A stretch of DNA of 64,000 bases. Origin: Camelus ferus. Lineage: Eukaryota. A model generated the notes under the pieces. The model did no database searches and was not told the origin of the DNA. It was given only the letters and a program-made list of their open reading frames with translations. Of this stretch, positions 12,080 through 24,896 are shown in pieces. The stretch lies in contig NC_045707.1 in NCBI RefSeq assembly GCF_009834535.1, positions 61,444,001 to 61,508,000 on the forward strand, written 5' to 3'. Made by a program: the position numbers and the translations under genes. The first letter of the stretch is position 1. Each line of letters opens with the position of its first letter.

Positions 12080-14055
12080 TGGTTATCACTAACAAATAAC
12101 TCCGACGTCTACTGAAACAGCCCAACCTATGCACACTGTGATGAACGTTTCACTATGAACACAGCCGCTCTCCTCCTGCCATCACGATGACATGTACCAC
12201 GGCAAGGGTCAAATGTCAGAAGTTGTTCAGGCACCTAAGAAGTAATCCTTAACAGAAATAACTACAGTCGGTAAGCAACTCAAATAAACGGGTCTGCCTC
12301 TGCCAGAGCCCCCTGAGAGTGGTGTAGCATCCACTCTGTAAAGAAGGCCCACCAACTCCCTAGTTCTTCACTGGGAACTTAGAACACAAAGCTAGATAGA
12401 AAAGCTGTTCTTCCAGAACCATCAACCATCAAAACCTTTATAAATCGCCCCGGGGTTCTTCGTGCTGTAGCGCGCCTCACAGGCTGCAACACAGGCAGAC
12501 TCTGGGGAGAAGTAGTCATGATATTCTGCTAAAAATATCAGAAAGAGATCAAAGTGCTTCAGTAAAGCCTTCAGATTCTTCTCAGAAAAGGACATCTCTC
12601 TAAGGATCTCTGGAAGTTTCACGAACAATAGCAGCAAGTGTTGAGCCCCATAAACGTAAGATGGTGGAGGTGGCTGGTCAGCTGGTGGGTAACTGTCGGG
12701 TACAAATTTCCAGGAGAGGACCCCATTTATTTCATTAGTTCTTCTGCCTTCAAAGCCAGCAAACACGGTACTCCCTTCCCTGCTGGGGGTCAGAGGAACA
12801 GGCGAGGATGATCTGCTATGTACAGGTGTCTTCCTCTCCAGGTGCAGAAACAGCTTGGGCACGCCGGCGCCCGGGCTGAGGCGAGCGCTGCTCTCAGACT
12901 GCCACTCACAACTGGCAGAGCGGCACGTGGGCTGCCTCAGAGACTGCAGGGCTTCCGGCTCGGCTTTGCGTCTTTCGGGGGTGGCTGGTTCACCTGCGGT
13001 TGGCTGGCTCTCTGTGGGCTGTGGCGCGGATGGATTCAACAAAGGCGGGCTTGGAGAGAGCCCCTCCAGGTTCCTATTAGTGTTGGTGGTGCTTTCCTTA
13101 ATCGGAAGAAAAAAAAATTGGATGAAGTCACCTTTTTATACTGAGCTTGTGCGTATGGATAGAGCAAAACCAATGGGAGAGTGTAATTAAAGGTTATTCT
13201 TAATCCATCCACCATCTCCTTACAAAGGTCAACGTTCGTTTCTGCTGGGATATAATGTACGTTCATGTTGGCGTGTGGCATAGAGTGATGGTGACGAGGC
13301 CTCTCACTGGCTGAAAAGGCTGCACTGATAGCAAAATGCTTCACGTAAGATTCCGAAATCATGATGATGTGGGTCCGGCATGGAAGTTTCACTAACCGTT
13401 TCCTCCTGTTGGTATAGTAACAACCGTCCTCAAGCTGCTTCTTCAGAACTTCAGGGATTTCTATAGTTAAGTGTTCTTTCTTCCATTTCCCTTTTTGCGT
13501 GCAGCTCTGGTTCTTCCCTTACTTCAGTCTTCTCTTCAATATCACCTTCTTCACTTATTTCTCCATCCTTTTCTTCACCACTGTCATCAGAGGAACTGTT
13601 TATTGAGTTTTCATCATTTTCATCTTTTCCTTCAGAGGGGAGGCTTTTTAAGACAGAGTCTACACCAGGCAACCGGCAGCGCTTCCTCTTTCTTCCTGCG
13701 CTTCTCAGGCAAGCTACAGCTTTTCTTGCCAGTTTACGCTGTAATCTCTGATTTTCGTCGGTGTCACAAAGGACATGATCTTCAGCTGCCCATCTATCCC
13801 AGCTTCTGTTCCAATCATTAAAATGGATCAGATATTCCGGGATCTTTCTGCCTTTTTCGTCTTTCCCAACAATAAGATCAACAACCTTGGCATCGTGCAG
13901 CACTCGCGCCTTGCTGGGGTCAGGCTCGAAGCACAGCACGTTCTCCCGAGAGGAACTTAAATTTCATTACCTCGCTCGCGCTCATTTCCTCATAGTGGCA
14001 GCGGGGAGGCTCGGGGGCGGGGCGGGTGGAGCGCTCACAGGGGGAGGGGGAAGGT
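11701..14055 (-). pseudogene. MSL3: Processed pseudogene (retrocopy) of MSL3 (male-specific lethal 3; chromo-barrel and MRG domains), inside GLIPR1L2 intron 3
   Basis: Intronless MSL3 peptides across three ORF-track frames ([14 protein letters not shown]...[47 protein letters not shown]...STKNPGAIY). ATG at 13985, GC-rich 5'UTR, about 730 nt of 3'UTR, AATAAA at 11729-11734, residual poly(A). Target-site duplication CAGAAAAGG(G)AACTCTT at 11685-11700 and 14056-14072. Frameshifts near 13945, 13471 and 13113. Confidence 0.96.
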
Positions 14056-14259
14056 CAGAAAAGGGAACTCTTAAAGGGGAAAAATGTCTCCATCCTCCAC
14101 TTTCATCTGTCTCCCCAGAGATAACTTCTGTTAACAGCTTCTTATGATTCCTTCTACAAAAAAGTTTTTCACAAAAATTCGCAGGAATTATACACTTGTG
14201 ATAGAGACTGCTAGCTGTCAATTTAAATACCTTTTGAAATGCTGCAGTAACAGTATTTT

Positions 14260-14630
14260 AGCTTGGCACATTAAGGGCTAGTCTCAGTACATTTCCCAAC
14301 TTCTCTTGCAACTTAGATGTAACCATGTGATCAATATTATATTCAATGGAATGGCAGCAGCATTGACGTGCACCACTTCCCACCTAGTATCCATGCTGCC
14401 GACGTCTTTCTTTCCCCTTACTCTGAGCTTGAGCTAGTTCATATTTGCGGGCTGGATTTGATCATTCAGACAAAGACATCGCTCCCAAGGGATGGTGAAG
14501 AAACAAAATGGGAGGAACCTAGGTCTTTGAATGATTGGTGGAGCAGAGCTACCCACTAAACTGAAATTTCTCATTTCTACCTTATTGAATCACTACATTT
14601 TCTGGTAATAGCATCTGTTGTAATACAAAG
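14260..14630. mobile_element. MLT1-type (ERVL-MaLR) LTR
   Basis: CATTTCCCAACTTCTCTTGCA...GGAGGAACCTAGGTCTTTGAATGA...GGAGCAGAGC motifs. Confidence 0.55.
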
Positions 14631-15111
14631 ACCTTCTATATCCTACATTTTCACCTAACAAGTGAGACTTTTTCCATATTGGTACATAGGGAAAGATATC
14701 AGTCTTTTTAATGGTTACACAATAATGCACAGTAAATTAACTGCTTAGTCCCCTAATACTGGAGTCATCAGTTTCTTAATTTCTGTTGTTTTAAACCATT
14801 CAGTTTGTGGCAATTTGTTAAAGTAGTCACAGGAATCTGATACAGAATAGAAGAAAAAAACAGATCTGGCAACAGAAACAATACCAACAATCTTGAAACA
14901 ATCTTGTAAAATTCTCTCAGAACACAGATGAAGAATAGAAGAATATATATGAAAGAAGAAAGGAACCATATAGGGCAGATAAATTTATAAATTAGTGTTT
15001 CTAAAGAACAGACAATTAATGAATCAGAAATAATAATCAAAGAAAAGAAAATAATCATCAGAAGAAAATAAAAGAATCTGTAGGGATACCTATGTAAAGA
15101 TTAAGATAACT

Positions 15112-15147
15112 GGGGTCTGGGTATAACTCAGTGGTGGAGCACATGCT
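15112..15147 (+). mobile_element. 5' fragment of a tRNA-derived SINE
   Basis: GGGG...GGGTATAACTCAGTGGTGGAGCACATGCT matches the head of the SINE at 26597. Only the A box is present. Confidence 0.6.
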
Positions 15148-15149
15148 GT

Positions 15150-15545
15150 TGATCACAACAGAAATTTGTTCTCTCAATTCTGGAGGCCTGAAGTCCAAAA
15201 TCAAGGTGTTGGCAGGACTGTGCTCCCTCCAAAGGCTCAGAGAGAGTTCTCTGGTCTGTGAAAATATCACTCCAACCTCTTCCTCCATGGTCACATTGCC
15301 TCCTTTTCTTCTGTGTGTCTAGTGCTCAATCTCCCTCTCCCTCTCTCTTATGAGGATACAAGTAATTGCCTTTAGGTCCCACCTGAATAATCTAAGATAA
15401 GCTCCTCCTCTCAAGATTTTTATTTTAAACACGTCTTTTGCCATATAAGGCATTAGTCATTCTTGCCATGTATGTTAATATTCACAGATTCTGTGAATTA
15501 GGCCCTGGATATATTGTTTGGGTGGCAACCATTCAGTCCACTACA
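15150..15545 (-). mobile_element. MLT1-type LTR
   Basis: ACAACAGAAATTTGTTCTCTCAATTCTGGAGGCCTGAAGTCCAAAATCAAGGTGTTGGCAGG...ATTCAGTCCACTACA. Confidence 0.75.
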
Positions 15546-16529
15546 CACTCTAATTTTCAATTTGGCTTTCTTATTTTCATTTCTACCAAATATTTTATAG
15601 TACTGTGATGAATTGATTTTTCTACCAACTATTTTTAAGAAAGATAGCTATGACTGCCTGTTTTGAGTATGTATCAAATAAAACTTGGCCTTAGTTGACT
15701 AATATATGTGCCAATCTAGATCTTTCACAGGTAGACTTGGCAATGTTTGTATCAAAGAAAAAAATGGTTGATAGAAATTTCAAGACAAAGAAGCCCATGG
15801 GACAGGTGGGTGGAAAGAAGTGTAATCCTTAACAACCAGTAGCTTTGTCATATCACTATAGTCATGGGATAGCCCTGCATTCACTGTTATTAAGGTCACC
15901 AAATGCCTTTAGCTTATCAAATGGAAATGTCATCTTTCCTTCCTCATTTTTTTTTCCTTCTTTCAGACGCATCTCCTAGTTAACCACTTTGGCATTTTGA
16001 CTCATGTTCTTCACTTGGCTTCCAAGTACCCTTACCACCATTGTTTTGGCTTCCCTCTTATTTTGCTAGTCTCATCATTCTCTTTTGTTAGCTCCTTTGC
16101 CAGAAGTTAAAATACTGTAGTGCTCTAGGACTTAGTCCTTAAACGCAGCCTCCATATTCATTCTTTCATAAGGTGATCTCATTCAGGACTGTGACTCATT
16201 TCTACATCAGGGTCTTACAGCAGCAGTTTCCTTTATCCAAAAACCTATCCCAGACCATCATATAGCTAGTTTTTTTTTCATGATTCATTTATATTTCCCA
16301 TGTTTATATTTCTATCTAATGTGTCCAAACATAAAACTCATATTCTTATCTTCTTCCTTATCTTAGTTAATGTTATCATCATTCACCCAGTTGCTCAGAC
16401 TAACTACGTAGGTATCACCCTAAAATATTCTATTCCTCTTATCACTAAAGTCAAACCCATCAACTGGTATTTTTAGCTCCCACTTCATAACAGATCCAGA
16501 AATTGACCTTTCATCACAATTTCCTTGGT

Positions 16530-17135
16530 ATAGTAGGCAGAATTCTAAAACAGACCACAAGATCTCCCATCCCTGGTATACGTGCTCTGCATAATTCCAA
16601 AGACAGTGAATATAATGTAATGGACTTTACTTCCATGATTAAGTTATATTATTTGGCACAACTGACCTTAAAATAGGGAAATTATCCAGGTGGGACTGAC
16701 CGAATCACTTGGGCACTCTAACAGCAGAGAGTTTTCTCCGGCTGGTCATAGAAGAGAAGTCAGAGATTTGAATTGCGAGAAGGACCTGACAGGCCTTTGC
16801 TGACAGGAAGATGGTGGGAGCCATGTGTCAAGAAATGTGGGCAACCTCTGGTAGCTGAGAGCAACCCCTGGCTGAGAGCCAGCAAGAAAATATGGACACA
16901 AGTCCTAGAACCACATGGAACTGAATTCTGCTAACAACCTGAATGAGCTTGGAAGTAGATTCTTCCCCAGAGTCTCCAGATAAGAACTCAGTCAACATCT
17001 TGATATTGGTCTTTGAGACCCTGAACAGAGAATCCAGCTATATTGTGCCTGGACTTTTAACAATAAAAATGGCTGCTCTTTAAAGTCACTAAGTTTGTGA
17101 TCATTTATCATGCAAAAATAGAAAACCAATCCACA
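16530..17135 (+). mobile_element. MLT1 (D/E-like) LTR inserted in L2
   Basis: TAGTAGGCAGAATTCTAAAA...GGAACTGAATTCTGCTAACAACCTGAATGAGCTTGGAAG...AATAGAAAACCAAT. L2-like sequence on both sides. Confidence 0.75.
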
Positions 17136-18931
17136 TGCTAAAATCCTAATCCAAGATACCAGCCTGTACTACAGAAACAGTCTTCTAATTGTGCTTGCCT
17201 TCTCTTTGTACCTTTGTTTTCCTGTACTCCGTTATTGACACAACAGTAAGAGTAATACTTTGTTTTCTTTTCAAAACATAGATGAAATCATGCCATTTAC
17301 TTGCTTAAAACTTTTCAGTGGCTTTGCCATTATGCCAATAAATCCCCAAATCCTTAACATGGCCTATGGTATTTCATTTGGTTAAGCTGCCACCTAACTC
17401 TACCTCAAATCCTAACTCTAACCACAGTCATTCATTTTTCACACTTGCAAACTCATTCTTACTTCTTACTACTTCTACCTGAAATACTCTTTAGCCATCT
17501 TCAATCTTTTGTTTTTCAGCTGAAATGCCACCTTCTCTGCAACTGTCTTATCCATATTCCATACTAGGTATTCCCTATTTGCTTATTGCACTTTGATATA
17601 CAGCATATTTTATTACCTAATTAACTATTATTTTTATGTGTTCATTTATTTATTATTTGTCTCTCTTCCAAGATTATAAACTAAATATGGTCAGTCTTTT
17701 TTGGTCTTGTTAGTAGACAGATCAGAGCCTTGTACATAGTTGCTGAGTGCATAAATGAAGACTAGAACCCCAGAGGAACCTCTTCCCTCCTCCCTGTCAG
17801 TACCCAATTCTCTGTTTGAATTTTCAGTACCAATCAGTAGCTAATTTTCAAAAGTTTCTCCATGTAATAGATATCATCCCAGTGCTTCCAGTCTGTAGGA
17901 ATGAAAGGAGGCCTAAAAAGTTTTGCAGTCACTCTACATTCCAAACTTGTTTTGCATGGCTGTGTTCAAAGTCAGCAAAGTTTCCATTTAGGAAGGGGCT
18001 TTCCGAATCTAATTCAACTTACATCATAGTTCTGTTGTTTTCCCTATTTAGGGGAAATACAATCATTAATTGGTAATCAATATTTTGAGGTTTTTTTTCC
18101 TTTCACTTTTTTGGTTTAGTCCCAGAAGCATTTTAGTTGTAAGAAATTCCTTCTCAATCCTAGCATGTAGTCAATTTTTCTTGACATGTTGGTTAAGACA
18201 TTTTCTCACTTAATTAGAAGTTTTAATAATATTACTTATAGTATCATATTGACCTGTAAGAAAACTTGAGACTTTCCAACAAAGTTCTGCAGAGACGGAG
18301 ACTATTTTAGAAGGGAGTTATTTCTCATCATTGGAAAGTTTTTAGGTATAGGTAAATAATCACATGGTAAGTGTTAAGAATTCAAGTTTCGAATGGATAG
18401 CTTGACTAGAAGACTTTTGAAGTACTCTTTCAAATCCAAGATATTATGATTCCTTTTATGTATAAGACTAGTCCCAATTAATAATGCAACCTCTAGGGGA
18501 TAGTCAACTTTAAGTGTCCTTCATGTTATAAAACTGATATAATCCTGAAACAATTCTTACAACATACATTTCAACACACCTAATCTTACTTTCTTTTGAG
18601 TTTTATTATAAATACGGAAATAAACTATTTTGGAAAATAATTTAAATCCCATGTTAATTAAGCTAGATATTGTGAAATAATACTAAAGTTAAAATTCCTT
18701 TGGCAAGTAGTATTTCACTAGTCTATACGAAAAATCAGTATGCCTAAATTATGATGTATTTAATAACAGAATTTAAAATATTTCAATTAAAAATCTTTAA
18801 TTAATATCTTACATTTAATTCTTTTATAGTTCACAAAGGCATTTAGAAGAATATGTTGAAAGTAGGAAAACTTTAACCTTGAAAAATTCCCAATTTATTT
18901 TTATATTCTTTAAAAAATTTAAAGTAACTTA

Positions 18932-19036
<105 letters not shown>

Positions 19037-20820
19037 CTAAAACAAAATTTTTAAATAAAACATAAATTTAATTCTAAACATTTATTCTGTCACATTACAG
19101 ACAAGACTATATTCAATTCATATAGAACCTTTAACCAAACAATTCAAGGAATATGAATTATTCTTCATTTGGATGCAGGTAGAGAATTATCACGGACTTA
19201 GGGAAGCATTTCCAAGTGCATGCAGAGAAACACTTTAACGGATTCTACCAAAACTGTATTCTTAGGATAAAGAGTTTTGAGAAAAACGAATCCAAAATAA
19301 TGTTTTAGAGCCTAAAGAAGACACACCTGCTGAATCAACTTTCAACCTTCTGTTGAATCTGAGAATTCTAGGTTATTGGCAGAGAGGAAGGGGGAACCAA
19401 GAGAAGAAAAAGTTTTGGAAGAATGGAAGTTGTGAATAGAGAGGAAAAAAGAGGGGACAGTAAGAGTACAGAAGGGAAAAAAAAAAAACAGTACAAGGGT
19501 AGAAAGTAATTAAATGCTATCAGCATTTTTCTTTTGTTGAGGAAATTCCATTATAAAATAAAACAGAGTCTGAGCCTTCCATTAAAAAAAAAAAGTGAAT
19601 AAAAGCGCTGGTTCCTATAAAATAATTTCTTGAAAAACAGGTCTTGGAGCAAAAATATGAGAATAATTAAAGATATTCCATAAATTTCTGAATGGCTTTA
19701 ATATTCTCAATATTTTCAAGTGAACAACAACACCTGTCTCATTTTGTTAACCTCTGCGGGAGAGAGAGGAACCACTTGTTTTCCGTTTCTCTATATCCCA
19801 AGCCTTAGTGATTTTAAAAGTGTGATTCCAAAAGAAATAGAGTGATGTATTCAAAGAATAGAGAATAGAATGTCTGCAACAGTTGGACTGCAGTTAGACA
19901 AGTCAAATGCAGGCAATGAAAATGTCTAAGAGACTGGAATTAAGGAGGCAAAAAATACAGAGGGTGTAGGTCAGGGAGTAGACATGGCTGGTTTACTCAA
20001 GAGAATTGAAGTCTTATTAAGGAGTCCAGGTTTGACATGAACAAGACAATAGAGAACAAGTCTAACTTTCTAGAAGAAAGAACTGATCAAAAAATGTCTG
20101 AAACATGATTCATTTGATGGAACAGAAAGACATGGGCTCAACATCAAAAATTCCAAGATTTTAAGTTCTATATCAGAGTCTACTGCTTGAAAAATAATCA
20201 CCCTTTAAATAAGCTTGGAAATTAATTCACTAACTTCTTGATTCCTAATACAGATATTAATTGAACACCTAAATAATGTCATGTGGTGTTCAGAATATAT
20301 GGAAAGACAAGTTCCCTGCTCTTAGTACAGTATCAGATATATAAATAGATGATTATAAAATAATGTGATATGTAAAATAATAAATGTACACTTAGAAAAA
20401 AATAGTTCAGTATTCTTGGAGCACATAGTGTAAGGGTGGATTGTTAGACAAGCGGCAGGAAAATAATATTATGTATTTGTGCTTGAAATATTTTAATCAG
20501 TTAGTTATCTAGTAGTATATGTATTGATCTGTGCAAAAAAATCAAGTCTTTTGCTATGTTTATAGTCAATAAATTAAAAATAATTGTTATTCGGTGGTTT
20601 CTTACTTCCTTTTCTAGTGTGCATTATTTTAGAAAAGCACCTATCATCTTTGGGTATGGAGATTAAATTTGTTATATTTAAAAGAATGTTTTAATCACAT
20701 GGTTCAAATAATAGAAGGAATTGTGAACATTTAGAAGATCTAAGACTAATTAGGAGTTTGATTCTATTAGAGGTAATAAATTTACCATTTGATTTTATTT
20801 ATAAAATTGAAACATAATCA

Positions 20821-21210
<390 letters not shown>

Positions 21211-22487
21211 TCATAGTTATATTTAAAGAAAACAATTCTTACTTTGTGCTTATGGGTCTGGTTTGTGAAATTTATATGAGGGGGAAAAGTTTTTTGAGAT
21301 AATCATAACTAAAACAACTATTTCTTGAAGACAAAGGCCTATGCATATACTTGTAATTAAAAAATCAGATTGTTCGATGATGCAAACGATTATAGTACTT
21401 TTACATGTAGTCTGTTCAGAACTGTATAATACTCTTACATGTAGTCTATTCAGAAAATGTATATTTTTAATCTCATGCCCTTTATACATAATTCAAAATA
21501 TTTATATGATAATTCAAAATATTCATCTAAGAACTATTTATTGAGCAATGATTATATGCGAACTGTTGTGAGTAATAAAATACAAAGTCAACATAAATTT
21601 TGCTAGTTGCTTACTGTTGTTAGGAGAATGCTCAGGGATTATATATATATATGTACATATACATTCATATAATTATAATTTTAACACACAGTGGTAGTTG
21701 GTAAATGTTATAAAAGTTTTACAGATGTTCCTAGAAATGTGAGAAAATATCACACGATGCTGCTCCCTGGCTAGCAATCTGGAAACACCCAGAAATGTGT
21801 ACTTTTATTATATTTAGAGGCTCATTAAGTTCATTGTTTAGTAAAGGACAAGAACAAAGACAACACACATAGAACAGTCAACAAAATAGTTGTAAAACCA
21901 ACATGCCAAGTATTTATGCTACAGTATATCTGAAAGTAAGTAAACATTTCTTAAAAACAATACTGAGATGTCCTTAGAGTTTTCTTAGATAATTTCATAG
22001 ATTATACATGACTACAGAAAATATATTACAGAAAATAAATCAACCTTTTAAAATATCCCCTCCCTCCCCACACTATTTCCCTCCCCAAAGGTAATCGCTG
22101 TAAAAAAAATTTTATGTATACATTTCTCTATCTCTATAGACACACACATTCAAATATAAGTTAGGATGCTTTAGGTGAGTATTTTGTGGTATTTGTCCTT
22201 GTGCTGTTTTAATCATACCATACAGAATATTACTGGCCTACCACTTGCAGTTTTCACTTAGAGAGAGGGTTGCATAGTAGCACAATTAGGTCTACCTAAT
22301 TTTTACAGACTCTACATAGTATTTAATAGGATGGCTAGCATATAATAAATGTTACCAGTCCACTAGTAATGATCTTTCAGATTCTGTCCCATTCGCAAAC
22401 AATGCTCCACTGTCCTTCTTTCTACTGCCTTACTTTGCATATTATTTGCATACCAGATGCTTACTATGCACTAGTCACTAAGTGGCT

Positions 22488-23790
22488 TTTTTTTTCCTTT
22501 CCATTTTTATTGAGATATAATTGACATTGAGCACTCTATAAGTGTAAGGTGTACAGCATAATATATCATGAAATGATTACCACAATAAGTTTAGTGCACA
22601 TCCATTATCTCATACAGATATAAAATAAAAAGAAAAAAATTTTTTCCTTGTGATGAGAACTCAGGATTTACTCTCTTAACAATTTAAGATTAACAGACAG
22701 CAGTATTAATTATATTAATCATATTGTACATTACATCCCTAGTATTTATCTTATAACTGGAAGTTTGTACCTTTGATCACCTTCATCCAATTCCCCCTCC
22801 CTTCAGTGTCCACCTCTGAGAACCACAAATCTGATCTCTTTTTCTATGAGTCTGGGGGTTTTTTTGAAGTGTAGTTTCTGGTAAACAACATAGTGATTGG
22901 ATATTTCCATTCATTACAAAATGATCAGCACAACGAATCTAGTTATGATCTGTCGCCAAAGATATTATATTATTATTGACTGTATTTCCCACATTGTATG
23001 TTTCATCCCCATGACTCATTTATTTTGTAACTGGAAGTTTGTACCTCTTAATTTCCCTCACCTATTTCACTCATCCCCCATCCCCTCTCCTCTAGCAAAC
23101 ACCTGTTTGTTCTCTTTTTCCATGACTCTGTTTCTATTTGGTAATGGTTGTTTATTTGTTTTGTTTTTTAGATTCCACATACAAGTGAAATCCTATGGTA
23201 TTTTTCTTTTTCTGATTAATTTCACTTAGCATATCTTCTAGGTCCATCCATGTTGTCGCAAATAGCAAAATTTCATTCTTCTCATGGTTGAGTAATATTC
23301 CATTGTGTATATATACATCTTCTCTATTCATTCACATATCGACGGGCACTTAGGTTGCTTCCATATCTTGGCTATTGTGAATAATGCTGCAGTGAACATA
23401 GGAATGCAGATATCTTTTTGAATTACTTTTTTTTTTCCTTTGGAAAAATACCCAGAAATGGAATTGCTGGACTGTATGGTAGTTCTATTTTTAATTTTTT
23501 GAGGCACCACCATACTATTTTCCATAGTGGCTGCACCAATATACATTCTCACCACAGTGCACAAAGGTTCCCTTTTTCCTGCATCCTCACCAACACTTGC
23601 TATCTCTTGTCTTTTCAATGACCGACATTCTGACAGATTAAGGTGACATCTCATTGTAGCTTTGATTTTCATTTCCTTGATGATTAGTGATGTTCAGCAC
23701 CTTTTCATGTGTCTGTTGGCTATTGTACATCTTCTTTGGAAAAATGTCTATTCAGGTCCACTGCCCATTTTTTAGTTGAGTTTTTTGATC
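22488..23790 (-). mobile_element. L1 3' end (L1MA-like)
   Basis: ORF2 C-terminal peptide ([24 protein letters not shown]) and 3'UTR ending in poly(T) on the plus strand. Confidence 0.85.
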
Positions 23791-23799
23791 TTCGTTTCT

Positions 23800-23980
23800 A
23801 AGTGTTATTTATGCATTATTTCACTTAATGTTTACAATAACCCTATAAGGTATGCATTATTATTACTGTTTCTGTTTCACAAAGGAAGTTACTGAAACAC
23901 AAAATTAAGAAATCTATTTATAGCCACTTATAGCCAGTTAAATGTGGAGCCAGGATTTAAACCCAGGAAGTCTCTCAAGT
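23800..23980 (-). mobile_element. MIR SINE
   Basis: ACAATAACCCTATAAGGT...ATTATT...GTGGAGCCAGGATTTAAACCCAGG core. Confidence 0.6.
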
Positions 23981-24109
23981 CTCAAATTCATAAGCGTTTT
24001 ATTTCATTGCTTTTCATGACAGTGTGCAAATAAGTTATGATAGTTACAAATTCCTTTGCTCAAACTTGAATAAAATTACAGTTGAAAACAGAGGCTAAAG
24101 TTTCCTTTT

Positions 24110-24895
24110 TTTCATTTATATAATACAATGTTATCAACCATAGTCACCAAGTTTTACATTAGATCCTCAGATCTTATTCATCTTATAGCTAAAAAAGCTA
24201 CATTATAGATAAATGTACACTTTTACCAACCTCTTCCTGTTTCCCCCAATTCCTACCAACACCTAACCCATGGCAATCACTTGTCTACTCTCTGTTTCTG
24301 AGTTTGACTCTTTTTTTTTAGATTCCACATATAAGTGATACCACGCAATATTTGTCTTTCTCTGTTTGACTTATTTCACTGGGTACAGTGCCCTCAAGTT
24401 CCATCAAAGTTGTTGCAAATGGCAGAATTTCCTTCTTTCTCATGGCTGAACAATATTCCATCGTAGACATACACATCACTTCTTCTTTGTCCATTTATCC
24501 ATTAATGGACACTCAGGTTGTTTCTGTATCTTGGCTGTTGTGAATAACTGTGAATTATGCTGCAATGAACATAGGAGAGCAGATATATCTTTGATATCCT
24601 GTTTCATTTCCTTTGGATAGATACCCAAGAGTGGGATTGCTGTATCACATAGTAGTTCTCTTTTTAATTTTTTGAGGAAACTCCATACTGTTTTCCATTG
24701 TGGTTGCACCAATATACATTTCCACAAACAACACACGAAGTTTCCCTTTTCTCCATATTCTCACCAATACTTGTTATCTCTTGTCTTTTTTGATGATAGA
24801 CATTCTAACAAGTGTGAGGTGATACCTTATTGTGGTTTTAGTTTGCATTTCCCAGATGACTAGTCATGTTGAGCACATTTTTATGTGACTGTTGC
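24110..24895 (-). mobile_element. L1 3' region
   Basis: Peptide [33 protein letters not shown] on the minus strand. Confidence 0.8.
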
Positions 24896-24896
24896 C

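Noticed and set aside
12422..13939. Three ORFs of 118-206 aa as functional MSL3-like genes
   Set aside because: They are frameshift fragments of one retrocopy and begin at GTG or TTG codons. The ATG-initiated frame stops after about 20 codons.
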